64,000 nt of DNA from Planctomycetota bacterium (GTDB taxonomy: Bacteria > Planctomycetota > B15-G4 > SIAN01): positions 1-64,000 of the forward strand of contig JANNXA010000047.1 of assembly GCA_031409275.1 (NCBI GenBank). Reading direction: 5' to 3'. Below, piece after piece: positions 1-8,327 of the stretch (the stretch's first letter is position 1; each line of letters starts with the position of its first letter). The notes beneath the pieces were generated by a model. The model did not search any database. It worked only from the letters and a program-made list of their open reading frames with translations, and was not told the origin of the DNA. The position numbers and the translations under genes were made by a program.

Positions 1-134
1 CAAGTGGACTCTTGTCCCCAAGGCTTCAACGCAACCGGTTGCCCGGCCGCGCTGCTCGGGTAGCTGCCATCCTGAACCGACAACTCGATGGACGGAACTT
101 GCATCCGCTGGTCCTCCGCACCTTCGTGACGCAC
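1..134 (-). mobile_element. Putative group II intron, 5' end (domain I), truncated by the window edge
   Basis: Minus strand from 134 reads GTGCGTCACGAAGGTGCGGAGGACCAGCGGATGCAAGTTCCGTCC...GCGCGGCCGGGCAACCGGTTGCGTTGAAGCC. This gives a GUGYG start, a GGxTGCAAGTxCC-like stem and a GGCAAC...TTGAAG stem resembling bacterial group II domain I. The region is non-coding, and no RT ORF or domain V lies in the window. Confidence 0.55.
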
Positions 135-259
135 TGAATAAAGCGGGCTAGCCTCCGCGTCGTGGATGGGAACGGCAACAGGAGGGGGCGCGCGATGACG
201 GCTGCGAAACGAGGAGTCGACCCGCATTCGCAGGACCGCGCCGAAAGGGCGAGGCCAAC

Positions 260-2131
260 ATGCCGCCGCTGAAGCTCGAGCTTGCCGGCCTCGACTGGGC
301 CGTCCTGGTGGTGTTCCTCGTCGTGTCGCTCGGCGTCGGCGTCTGGTTCACGCGGCGCGCGGGGAAGAGCCTCGCCGACTACTTCCTGTCGGGACGCGAC
401 CTGCCCTGGTGGGCACTCGGCACGTCGATGATCGCGACGAGCTTCGCCTCCGACACGCCGCTGATCGTGACCGGCTTCGTGTTGACCCACGGCACCGCGC
501 AGAACTGGACGTGGTGGAACTTCCTGGTGGGCGGCACGCTGACGGTGTTCGTCTTCTCGCGCTGGTGGCGCCGTGCGGAGCTCACTACCGAAGTCGAGCT
601 GATCGCGCTGCGTTACGACGGTCGGCCGGCGCAGCTCCTGCGCGGCTTCAAGGCGCTCTACCTCGGGCTGCTGCTGAACGCGATCGTCTTCGGTTGGGTC
701 ACGAAGGCGATGGTGAAGGTGCTGCGGGTCGTCCTGCCCGACCACGGGCTGCTCGCCAACGAGTCGTTCGCGATCGGCCTGCTGGTGGGCATCACGCTGA
801 TCTACACCGCGCTCTCGGGTTTGTGGGGCGTCGTCGCGACCGACGTGCTGCAGTTCGTGGTGGCCATGGTGGGCGCCGTGCTGGTCGCATGGCTGGGCGT
901 GCGCGAGTGCGGCGGACTGCAGCCGATGCTGGCACGCGTGCGCGAACTGGAGACGGCGAGCGGCCGCGACTTCCTCTCGCTGCTCCCCCATGGCGGCGAC
1001 GCTCTCGTCACGCTGCTGGTGGTGCCGCTCGCGGTGCAGTGGTGGGCCGTCTACTACCCCGGCTCGGAACCGGGCGGCGGCGGTTACGTCGCGCAACGGA
1101 TGTTCGCCGCGAAGGATGAGCGCCACGCACGCGGCGGCACCCTCTGGTACATCGTCGTCCACTACGCGCTGCGACCGTGGCCGTGGATCATCACCGGGCT
1201 CGCGGCGTTGGTGCTGCGGCCCGAGTTCGCGGGCCTTGCCGCGGACGGCTCGCTGCTTCCCGAGGCCGGCGGCGTGACGGCTGGGAGCGCCGCACTCGAC
1301 CCGGAATCGGCCTATCCGTGGATGTTCAAGCTGCTGCCGACCGGGGTCCTCGGACTCGTCATCGCCTCCTTCTTCGCCGCCTACATGAGCACCATCACCT
1401 CGCTGCTCAACCTCTCGGCGAGCTACCTGGTGAACGACTTCTGGCTGCCGCTGCAGGCGCGCCGCAAGAGCGCCGGCACCGGCAACGCCGCTGAAGCCGA
1501 CACCGAAGCCAACGTTGAAGCCAACACCGACGCGCCCGGCTCGGTCGCGATCGCGCGCATCGCGGTGGCGATCGTCGCCGCGGCCGGCATCGTCGTCACC
1601 GCCTCGCTCGATCGGGCCGGCAGCGGCTGGACCCTGGTCTGGGAGTTCACCGCCGGCACCGGACTCGTGCTGCTCGCCCGCTGGCTGTGGTGGCGCGTCA
1701 ATGCGTGGAGCGAGATCGCGGCGCTCACCGCATCGATCGTCGCCTCGTCGCTGCTGCAGATCGACGCCATCGGCACGCGCGTCGGCTCCGGTTGGCCGCG
1801 CATGGTGCTGGTGGTGGCCATCACCTCCATCGCCTGGATCACGACGACGCTGGCGACGAAGCCGTGCGGCATGCCGACGCTCCTGCGCTTCTTCCGTCGC
1901 GTGCGACCGGGCGGCGCATGGGGCCCGGTGGCGGCGATGGCCGGCACGCCGACCGCGTCGCTGCGTCATGATCTCGCCCTGTGGCTGGCAGCGACGGTCG
2001 CGACCTACGGGCTCCTCTTCGCGTGCGGCCATGCGCTGTTCGGACGCAGCGGCAGCGCGCTCGCGGTCGCTGCGGTGGCGCTGGTGGCGGGCTTGTTCGT
2101 CGTGAGGGGATTGCGTCGCGATGCCGATTGA
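260..2131 (+). CDS. Sodium:solute symporter (SSS) family transporter
   Basis: 623 aa with many TM helices. Motifs DYFLSGRDLPWW, SFASDTPL, YTALSGLWGVVATD, GGYVAQRMFAAK and FFAAYMSTI. Confidence 0.92.
   Translation: MPPLKLELAGLDWAVLVVFLVVSLGVGVWFTRRAGKSLADYFLSGRDLPWWALGTSMIATSFASDTPLIVTGFVLTHGTAQNWTWWNFLVGGTLTVFVFSRWWRRAELTTEVELIALRYDGRPAQLLRGFKALYLGLLLNAIVFGWVTKAMVKVLRVVLPDHGLLANESFAIGLLVGITLIYTALSGLWGVVATDVLQFVVAMVGAVLVAWLGVRECGGLQPMLARVRELETASGRDFLSLLPHGGDALVTLLVVPLAVQWWAVYYPGSEPGGGGYVAQRMFAAKDERHARGGTLWYIVVHYALRPWPWIITGLAALVLRPEFAGLAADGSLLPEAGGVTAGSAALDPESAYPWMFKLLPTGVLGLVIASFFAAYMSTITSLLNLSASYLVNDFWLPLQARRKSAGTGNAAEADTEANVEANTDAPGSVAIARIAVAIVAAAGIVVTASLDRAGSGWTLVWEFTAGTGLVLLARWLWWRVNAWSEIAALTASIVASSLLQIDAIGTRVGSGWPRMVLVVAITSIAWITTTLATKPCGMPTLLRFFRRVRPGGAWGPVAAMAGTPTASLRHDLALWLAATVATYGLLFACGHALFGRSGSALAVAAVALVAGLFVVRGLRRDAD
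1493..1528 (+). repeat. 3 x 12-nt in-frame tandem repeat (EADT/EANV/EANT) in a symporter loop
   Basis: gaagccgacacc gaagccaacgtt gaagccaacacc. Confidence 0.7.
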
Positions 2132-3860
2132 ATCGATCGCGCCCGACCTCGTGAGCAATGACCTCGCCAGCGGCGCGAGCGTCCTGCTCGGCCGCCTCGG
2201 CGAGGGGCTGTGGGACACGTGGCAGTTCTTCAGCGACCGCCTCCTGTGGGTGATCGCGGCCGCGGCGCTGCTGCTCTGCCTCAAGTTCTGGTGGCGGCGG
2301 CGCCATGCCATCGTCTTCGAGCCGTGGCTCGATCGCACCGGCGCCGGCCAGGCCGACCTCGGCGCCACGCTGGCCAGCATGCTGCTGCACCGCATCCGCG
2401 AGATCCAATCGGTGCACGAGCGGTCGATCCGCCGCTTCGAGCTGTGGAATCCCAACTACGAGGTGCCGGCGTTCCAGCAGCCGATCGACGACGACATCAA
2501 GCTGCTCGCCTCGCTGGAACTCGGCCGCTACGGCGAGCTGGTCGGGCGGCTGGTCACCTTGCTCTTCAAGCTGCTGCCGCTGGCGCAGCCGGCGCAGTTG
2601 CGCGGCACGGTGCTGACGCTGGGCGACCACCTCTTCCTGCAGCTGACGTTGGATGGCTTCCGAACCAAGGGAACCAGGCGCCGCGTCATGCGCGTCCTCG
2701 AAGCGCGCACCAAGTCAGGCGACTTCTCGGCGCTGCCGGAGCTGGTCGAGGAGCTGGCCTACAAGGTCTACCTCGAGCTGATCGAGTCGGCGCACTTCAA
2801 GTCGTGGCGCGCGTTCAAGGCGTGGGTCGCCGGCCTCGGCCACTACGTCGACTTCCTCGACGTCGAAAGCGACGAGGCGTGGGAGAAGGCGAAGCGCTGC
2901 TACGACGAGGCACTGGCGAACGAGCGGAACAACGCCGCCGCTTCCTACAACCTCGGCGTCCTCCACTACGTGCGGCTGCGCTCGAAGGAGAATCCGGTCG
3001 CCATCGATCGCTTCCGAGCCGCGTTGCTCACCAGCGATCCGGAGCTGAAGGCGCATGCGCTGTCCGGCCTCGCCAATGCGCAAGGGCAGGCGTTCCACCG
3101 CCACGGCATCGACGATCCGCACCTGCTGGACGAGGCGCGTTTCCATTCGGCGCGCGCGCTCGACCTCGCGCCGCAGAGCGACGTGGTGCAGAAGGCGTTC
3201 GCGTTCATCTGCCATCAGGACAGCGAGCGGCTCGCGAAACAGGCGGCGACGGCGACAGGAGCCGTACAAGCGCGCCTCCTCGCCGAGGCCGACGAGCTGC
3301 GCCAACGGGCGATCCGCCACTACCGCCTGGCCACCAAGATCAACCCGCACTACTTCGCGGCGTTCAACAACCTCGGCAACCTCTACCTCGAATGGGCGCG
3401 GCAGCTCCCGCAGGGCGACGCGCGGCGCCGCGACCTGCTGCGCGACGCGCTGCGCGAATGCGACAGCGCCATCAAAGCGCGCCCCGCATACCACCTGCCC
3501 TACGACAACGCGGCCAACGCGTGGATCGAGCTCGCCGCGCACGAAACTCCGGCGCGCTGCTTCGAACGTGCCGAGGAGCAGCTGAAGAACGCGCTGCTGA
3601 ACCAGGCGAAGTACGCCGAAGCGATGAACGACTGGGCGCGCCTCGAGCTGCGACGCCTGGCGCAGCAGCCGGCCGTCGGCCTCGAACGCCACGCTCGCGC
3701 GCTGGCGATGTGCGATCCCGTCGAGGAGATCGGCCGCAAGAAGAAGCTGTGCCGACAGCTCGCTCCGGAACTGGCGCAAGCGGCCATCGTCGCATCGCCC
3801 GCGGTCACGGCGATCCGGGCGAAGCTCGCGGCGCTCGGCTGCGGTTGCTCGCTGCCGTAG
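2121..3860 (+). CDS. Membrane-anchored TPR-containing hypothetical protein
   Basis: 579 aa. N-terminal TM (LLWVIAAAALLLCLKFWW) and TPR-like motifs (ASYNLGVLHY, AFNNLGNLY). Overlaps the symporter stop by 11 nt. Confidence 0.8.
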   Translation: MPIESIAPDLVSNDLASGASVLLGRLGEGLWDTWQFFSDRLLWVIAAAALLLCLKFWWRRRHAIVFEPWLDRTGAGQADLGATLASMLLHRIREIQSVHERSIRRFELWNPNYEVPAFQQPIDDDIKLLASLELGRYGELVGRLVTLLFKLLPLAQPAQLRGTVLTLGDHLFLQLTLDGFRTKGTRRRVMRVLEARTKSGDFSALPELVEELAYKVYLELIESAHFKSWRAFKAWVAGLGHYVDFLDVESDEAWEKAKRCYDEALANERNNAAASYNLGVLHYVRLRSKENPVAIDRFRAALLTSDPELKAHALSGLANAQGQAFHRHGIDDPHLLDEARFHSARALDLAPQSDVVQKAFAFICHQDSERLAKQAATATGAVQARLLAEADELRQRAIRHYRLATKINPHYFAAFNNLGNLYLEWARQLPQGDARRRDLLRDALRECDSAIKARPAYHLPYDNAANAWIELAAHETPARCFERAEEQLKNALLNQAKYAEAMNDWARLELRRLAQQPAVGLERHARALAMCDPVEEIGRKKKLCRQLAPELAQAAIVASPAVTAIRAKLAALGCGCSLP

Positions 3861-3873
3861 CCGCCCGCGCCGT

Positions 3874-3895
3874 GCGCTCGAACAACTTCGAGCGC
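3874..3895. terminator. Perfect 9-bp hairpin between convergent genes
   Basis: gcgctcgaa-caac-ttcgagcgc; no clear U-tract. Confidence 0.4.
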
Positions 3896-4066
3896 CTGAC
3901 AGAATGAACGCGTCGCACCGAGACCGAGCGAGGCCGCCCAGGACGAGGAGGAGGTTCGAAGCCAACTCCCCTTCGAGTTGTCGAGTTGCGAAGCACGTTC
4001 TGCCTCCGACGAAGTACCGGCTTGAAAGACGCCGCCAGGCGACACGGGAAGTTCTCCAACGGGCTG

Positions 4067-5020
4067 TTAGGAGCTCTTCGCGTCGCCGAGCAGGCCGATC
4101 TCGCGCAGGCGCTCCTGCAGGTAGTCGTGCGCGCGGATCGGCTCGGGGAAGCGATTCGGGCGCTGCGCGCTGATGCAGCCGGGCAACGTCTCGATCACGA
4201 CATCGGGCGCGAGGTGGAGGAAGAAGGGAATCGAGTAGCGCGAGCGGGCCCCCCATGGCGGCGGCGGATTCACCACGCGATGGGTCGTCGAGCGCAACAC
4301 GCCGTTGGTGAGTCGCTGCAGCATGTCGCCGACGTTCACGACGATGGTCCCCGGCAGCGTCGTCGCGGCGATCCACTCGCCGCGGCGCGTCTGGATCTCG
4401 AGTCCCGGCTCCTCCGACCCGACCAGCAGCGTGATCAGGTTGATGTCCTCGTGCGCGGCCGCACGCACCTGTCGAGTCGCGCCTGGCAGCGGCGGATAGT
4501 GGAGCGGTCGCAGGATCGAGTTGCCGCGCGCGATGCGTGTCGCGAACCAGCCCGCCGGCAGCTCGAGCGTCGGTTCGAGCAGCGCCAGCAACCGCGCGCC
4601 GAGCGCTTCGAGCGCCTCGAAGAGTGCCCGCTGCGCCGCCTCGAAGCCGGCCACTTCGGCGGGCCAGAGGTTCTGCAACAGGATCGCCGCCAGCGGATCG
4701 TCGCGCCCCACTTCACGGCCGACGTGCCAGAACTCCTTGAGATCCGCGAGCGTCTGATCCTTCGCCTTCTCGACCCCGAGGCGCGTGTAGCCGCGCTGGC
4801 CGGCACCACCGGCCACCTCGTAACGACGCTTGGTCGCCTCAGGCAGCGCGAAGAAGTCGCGCGCCGTCGCGAGCGCTGCCCGCACGACGGCGGCGGGGAT
4901 TCCGTGGTCGGTGACCCCGACGAATCCGACCTCGCGAAGCGCCTCGAACAGCACCGTCGCGGGCGTCGGATCTGAAGCTCTGAGCTGCGACATCGACAGG
5001 AGCGGAAGGGTGGCACCCAT
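4067..5020 (-). CDS. Isopenicillin N synthase-like 2OG-Fe(II) oxygenase
   Basis: EVGFVGVTDHGI, LRPLHYPP, HxD in AAAHEDINLITLL, distal His in STTHRV, and RYSIPFF (RxS). Confidence 0.92.
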   Translation of the reverse strand: MGATLPLLSMSQLRASDPTPATVLFEALREVGFVGVTDHGIPAAVVRAALATARDFFALPEATKRRYEVAGGAGQRGYTRLGVEKAKDQTLADLKEFWHVGREVGRDDPLAAILLQNLWPAEVAGFEAAQRALFEALEALGARLLALLEPTLELPAGWFATRIARGNSILRPLHYPPLPGATRQVRAAAHEDINLITLLVGSEEPGLEIQTRRGEWIAATTLPGTIVVNVGDMLQRLTNGVLRSTTHRVVNPPPPWGARSRYSIPFFLHLAPDVVIETLPGCISAQRPNRFPEPIRAHDYLQERLREIGLLGDAKSS

Positions 5021-5103
5021 TCGCCGGAGCTTACGAAGCGTTGTCGCGGTGCTACGCTCGCCGCTCGACCCACTCGGTCGTCGAACCCTCGAGAGGAGAG
5101 TGC

Positions 5104-6231
5104 ATGAGAGCCTGGCTGATCACGGCCTGTCTCGTCCTTGGCGCCAGCCCACCCGGGCGCGCGCAAGAGGACGATTCAGTCGGCGCCGTTCGCAACGATT
5201 ACTACACCGCATTGAGCAACAACTCGAAGAAGCAGCCGAAGAACCTGCCGGCGGGCGTTTCGGCACCGCTGATGACCGAGACGGAACTTCAGGGCTTGCT
5301 GGCGCGCCTCTGGAAGATCTACGACGTCAGCGCCGGCGATCCGGCCGAGCTCGACGCTCTGTTCCAGGTCGTCGCGCTCTCGAGCACGCCTTACGTGGCG
5401 CCGCCGAGCGACAAGACGATCGAGGCGTGGCGCGAGGCGACCCGGAAGATCTTCACCGACTTCCTGGACGACGACCGCGTCGCGAGCCTGGTGATGAACT
5501 TCGAGGCGCCGGGCAAGCTGAAGCGCGAGGTCGACGAGCTCACGAAACAGCTCGGGAACTCGAAGAGCCGCGCCGTGAAAGCGGCCTTCGCCTACCAGCC
5601 GCTGGCCGCACGCGCCGACGCGGCGGCCAACGCGCCGCTCGCACCGGAGGCAGAGGCGAAGCTGCTGGCCGACATGGCCGCCTTCGCCAGCGAGTTCGGC
5701 GCCGCGGAGATTCCGGGGCGCGGCACGAGCTACGCCGACTGGGTCAAGAACACGAGCTACTCGCTGCTGAACCTGAAGATCGGCGGCATCGCGCCCGAGA
5801 TCGAGGCGGGCGACCTCGATGGCGTGAAGTTCAAGCTCTCGGACTACCGCGGCAAGGTCGTGCTGCTCGACTTCTGGGGGTATTGGTGAGGCCCTTGCCG
5901 GGCCATGTTCCCGCACGAGCGGTCGCTCGTGGAAAAGATGAAGGATGAGCCGTTCGCCCTGGTCGGAGTGAACAGCGACGCGGACCTCGCGGCGATGAAG
6001 CCGAAGTTCAAGGAAGAGAAGATCACCTGGCGCAGTTTCTGGAACGGCGAGGAGGGGACGCAGGGCCCGATCGCCGCCGCCTGGAACGTGCAAGGTTGGC
6101 CGACCCTCTACTTGATCGACCACACTGGCAAGATCCGCAACAAGTGGCTCGGCGGACCGGACGAAGCGACGCTCGACGCCGCCATCGCGGCGGTGGTCGC
6201 CGAGGCCAAGGAAGCGGCGGCGAAGAAGTAG
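5104..6231 (+). CDS. Exported TlpA/thioredoxin-like protein, probable selenoprotein (UxxC; in-frame TGA at 5887-5889)
   Basis: ORFs 5041-5889 and 5905-6231 share a frame and join as ...GKVVLLDFWGYW-[TGA]-GPCRAMFPHERSLV...WNVQGWPTLYLID. RBS gaggaga precedes ATG 5104, followed by a signal-peptide-like N-terminus. Confidence 0.88.
5890..5934 (+). promoter_or_regulatory. Putative bacterial SECIS element
   Basis: After the TGA there is a GGCCC-TTGCC-GGGCC hairpin, then CACGAGC-GGTC-GCTCGTG (5914-5931), with 31 nt between the UGA and a G-first apical loop. Confidence 0.7.
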
Positions 6232-6273
6232 CCGGCGCCTCGCCGCGCAGGCTCGCAACGAAGATCGAACTCG

Positions 6274-6306
6274 GGACGGGCCGGTGCCACGCGCGCCGGC
6301 CCGTCC
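6274..6306 (+). terminator. 14-bp hairpin between convergent genes
   Basis: ggacgggccggtgc-cacgc-gcgccggcccgtcc followed by gttcgttcc. Confidence 0.55.
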
Positions 6307-6335
6307 GTTCGTTCCAGCGCCGCGAGTTGGTCCGC

Positions 6336-7394
6336 TCAGCGCTCGCCCGGCAGCGACAGGCGCAGGTCGCAGCCCGGCAGCGGGCCCGAGTCGCCCGGCG
6401 GATTGGCGAAGGTCAGCATGCGGCGCGCCGCGGCGGCCGCTTCCGCGGGGGCCATCCCCTGCTCCAGGACGAGCTGCATGTAGGTGAGGTCGACGATCGC
6501 GCTGGCGGCCCAATCGACCGAGACCCCGAAGCCGGAGATCGGGAAGGTGGCGCGCTCGCCCGCGGCCGCGCGGATGCGTTCGGGCGCGTCGCCTGCCATC
6601 ACCGCGCAGCTTCCGAGGTGGAGCAGCCGCAGCTCGTTCACGTGGCGCAACGCCCCACCGAGCACCTCCGGCGAGATCCCATCGGCGCCGATCCCGAGGC
6701 CTTCGGGCGAGCCGTGCGAGGAGATGTAGAGCACGACCGGCTCGACCAGCTTCGAGAGCTGCGCGCAGAAGCGCTCGAGGTCGGCACGGTCGTGGACGAA
6801 GCGATGGCGCACGCCCACCGACGGCACCCGCTCGAAGAAGGCGCGCAGCATCGCGCCGAAGGAGTACTCCGGTTCGCGCAGCGAGCTCTCCCAGTTCTCT
6901 TCGAGGATCACGAACCAGATCCGCCCCGCTTCGCCGACCAGCCGCTGCCCGCTCCATCGCCGCGCCGATTCGTCATTCGGGTCGAGCGCCTCGCCCTCGC
7001 CCTCGCGCCACACCCCGCGGAAGCCCTGCCCCGCGTCCTTCAGCACGAAGGCGAAGCGGCCGGTCACGCCGGGCCCGTCGGCCACCGGCTCGTGGTAGGT
7101 GCCGTGCAGCACTCCGCCCAGCACCGTGCCGGCGAGCGTCGCGTTCGGCGGATCGCCATAGGTTCCGGCGTAACCGCCCTCCGTGCGGCTCAACCGAAGC
7201 GTGCCGTAGCTCGATTCGAAGAGGCCGGCGAAGTCGGGTTCCGCGGCGACTGCGGATGGCGCTGATGGTGCAGCGACTGACTCGACCGCGCCGTCGCCCG
7301 CGAGCGGCGGTGGCGCGCTGCAAGCCGCGACGACGAGCGGGAGCAGTACGGCCGGCAGGACACGCAACGGGGCAAGGCGCATCGCGATCTCCAT
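6336..7394 (-). CDS. Putative lipoprotein with a C-terminal caspase/CHAT-like (DUF6642-like) domain
   Basis: Lipobox-like LVVAAC. VVLYISSHGSPEG and LLHLGSCAVM give a His-Gly / Ser-Cys dyad pattern, followed by ISGFGVSVDW. Confidence 0.7.
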   Translation of the reverse strand: MEIAMRLAPLRVLPAVLLPLVVAACSAPPPLAGDGAVESVAAPSAPSAVAAEPDFAGLFESSYGTLRLSRTEGGYAGTYGDPPNATLAGTVLGGVLHGTYHEPVADGPGVTGRFAFVLKDAGQGFRGVWREGEGEALDPNDESARRWSGQRLVGEAGRIWFVILEENWESSLREPEYSFGAMLRAFFERVPSVGVRHRFVHDRADLERFCAQLSKLVEPVVLYISSHGSPEGLGIGADGISPEVLGGALRHVNELRLLHLGSCAVMAGDAPERIRAAAGERATFPISGFGVSVDWAASAIVDLTYMQLVLEQGMAPAEAAAAARRMLTFANPPGDSGPLPGCDLRLSLPGER

Positions 7395-7448
7395 CCCGCC
7401 ATCGTAAGGCGGCCGTGATCGCGGTGCGTCCGTCGCGCGGCGCGTTGC

Positions 7449-8327
7449 TCAGCGCACGTCGGCGGGGAGCAGCTCGCTGCGATGGTTGCTCCACCAGGCG
7501 CGCCACGCCGCTTCGTCGCGACCGAAGCGTCGCCCGGTCAGCCGTCGCAGCGCGTCGAAGGTGACCAGCCGCACGCTGCGCTCGTCGCACGAGTCGAGGT
7601 GGGCGAACAGCGGGTCGACCACCGCCAGGTCGCGCGAACGGCCGAGATGACCGATGGCGTCATGGCGAACGCCGACGTCACCGTCGAAACGCAAGAGGTC
7701 GCAACAGACCCTCGTCAGGTCGTCCGGCTGCAGCGCGGCATAGGCGGCGAGCGCCGCGCGCCGCACCGGCGCCTCGCCATCTTCGGCGAGCCGCTCGCGG
7801 ATGCGCGCGCTCCACTGCTTCGCCGGCCGCTCGGCCAGCGCGTTCAGCGCGTGGCGACGCGCGTCGATCGACGGCGATCGCAGCGCCTCGCCGAGCGCCG
7901 GCGCCGCGAGCGCTCCCTGCGCAACCAGCAGCTCCTCGCAGCGGTCGCGAATCGGCGCCATCGCGTGGCTGAGCGCACCGGCGAGGTGACCGGGCGGCAC
8001 GGCCGTGAGCGGCTGCTCGCAGCTCTCCAGCCACGCCGTCGCCGGCTCGAGCATCGCCCACGCGAGAGAGCCGTCGTCGAGGAGGAGCGCGGTCGCGCCC
8101 GCCTCATCGACGCCAAGCCGCCATCCGGCCCGCACTTCGACTCCGACCGCCACGCGCACGCGCGGCATCGTCGGCTCTTTCGTCGCTGGCTCAGCGGCCC
8201 TCCGCGGATCCAGCTTCGCGGCGGGAAGCGTCGGAGCGGGCGGCACATCGGTGGCGCGCGCGCCCCGCTCGGTCGCGGCGATCAGCAGCAGCGCCAGTGG
8301 CGCGGCGCGCAGCGAGGGCCTGCTCAT
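7449..8327 (-). CDS. Exported HEAT-repeat protein
   Basis: Signal-like N-terminus, HEAT repeats (VRRAALAAY, VRHDAIGHLG) and a C-terminal ALRRLTGRRFGRDEAAWRAWW. ATG 8327 overlaps the upstream stop (ATGA). Confidence 0.82.
   Translation of the reverse strand: MSRPSLRAAPLALLLIAATERGARATDVPPAPTLPAAKLDPRRAAEPATKEPTMPRVRVAVGVEVRAGWRLGVDEAGATALLLDDGSLAWAMLEPATAWLESCEQPLTAVPPGHLAGALSHAMAPIRDRCEELLVAQGALAAPALGEALRSPSIDARRHALNALAERPAKQWSARIRERLAEDGEAPVRRAALAAYAALQPDDLTRVCCDLLRFDGDVGVRHDAIGHLGRSRDLAVVDPLFAHLDSCDERSVRLVTFDALRRLTGRRFGRDEAAWRAWWSNHRSELLPADVR

Noticed and set aside
26..2455. 809-aa minus-strand ORF and similar long ORFs (22927-26151, 37025-39541, 39454-42105, 49929-53900, 58707-61433)
   Set aside because: Arg/Ala/Gly-rich antisense or off-frame shadows of well-supported genes, expected in high-GC DNA; no motifs.
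5041..6231. Two separate genes (282 aa and 108 aa) or a nonsense pseudogene
   Set aside because: The stop falls exactly at the catalytic Cys position, the frame continues and a SECIS-like hairpin follows, so a single recoded CDS fits better.
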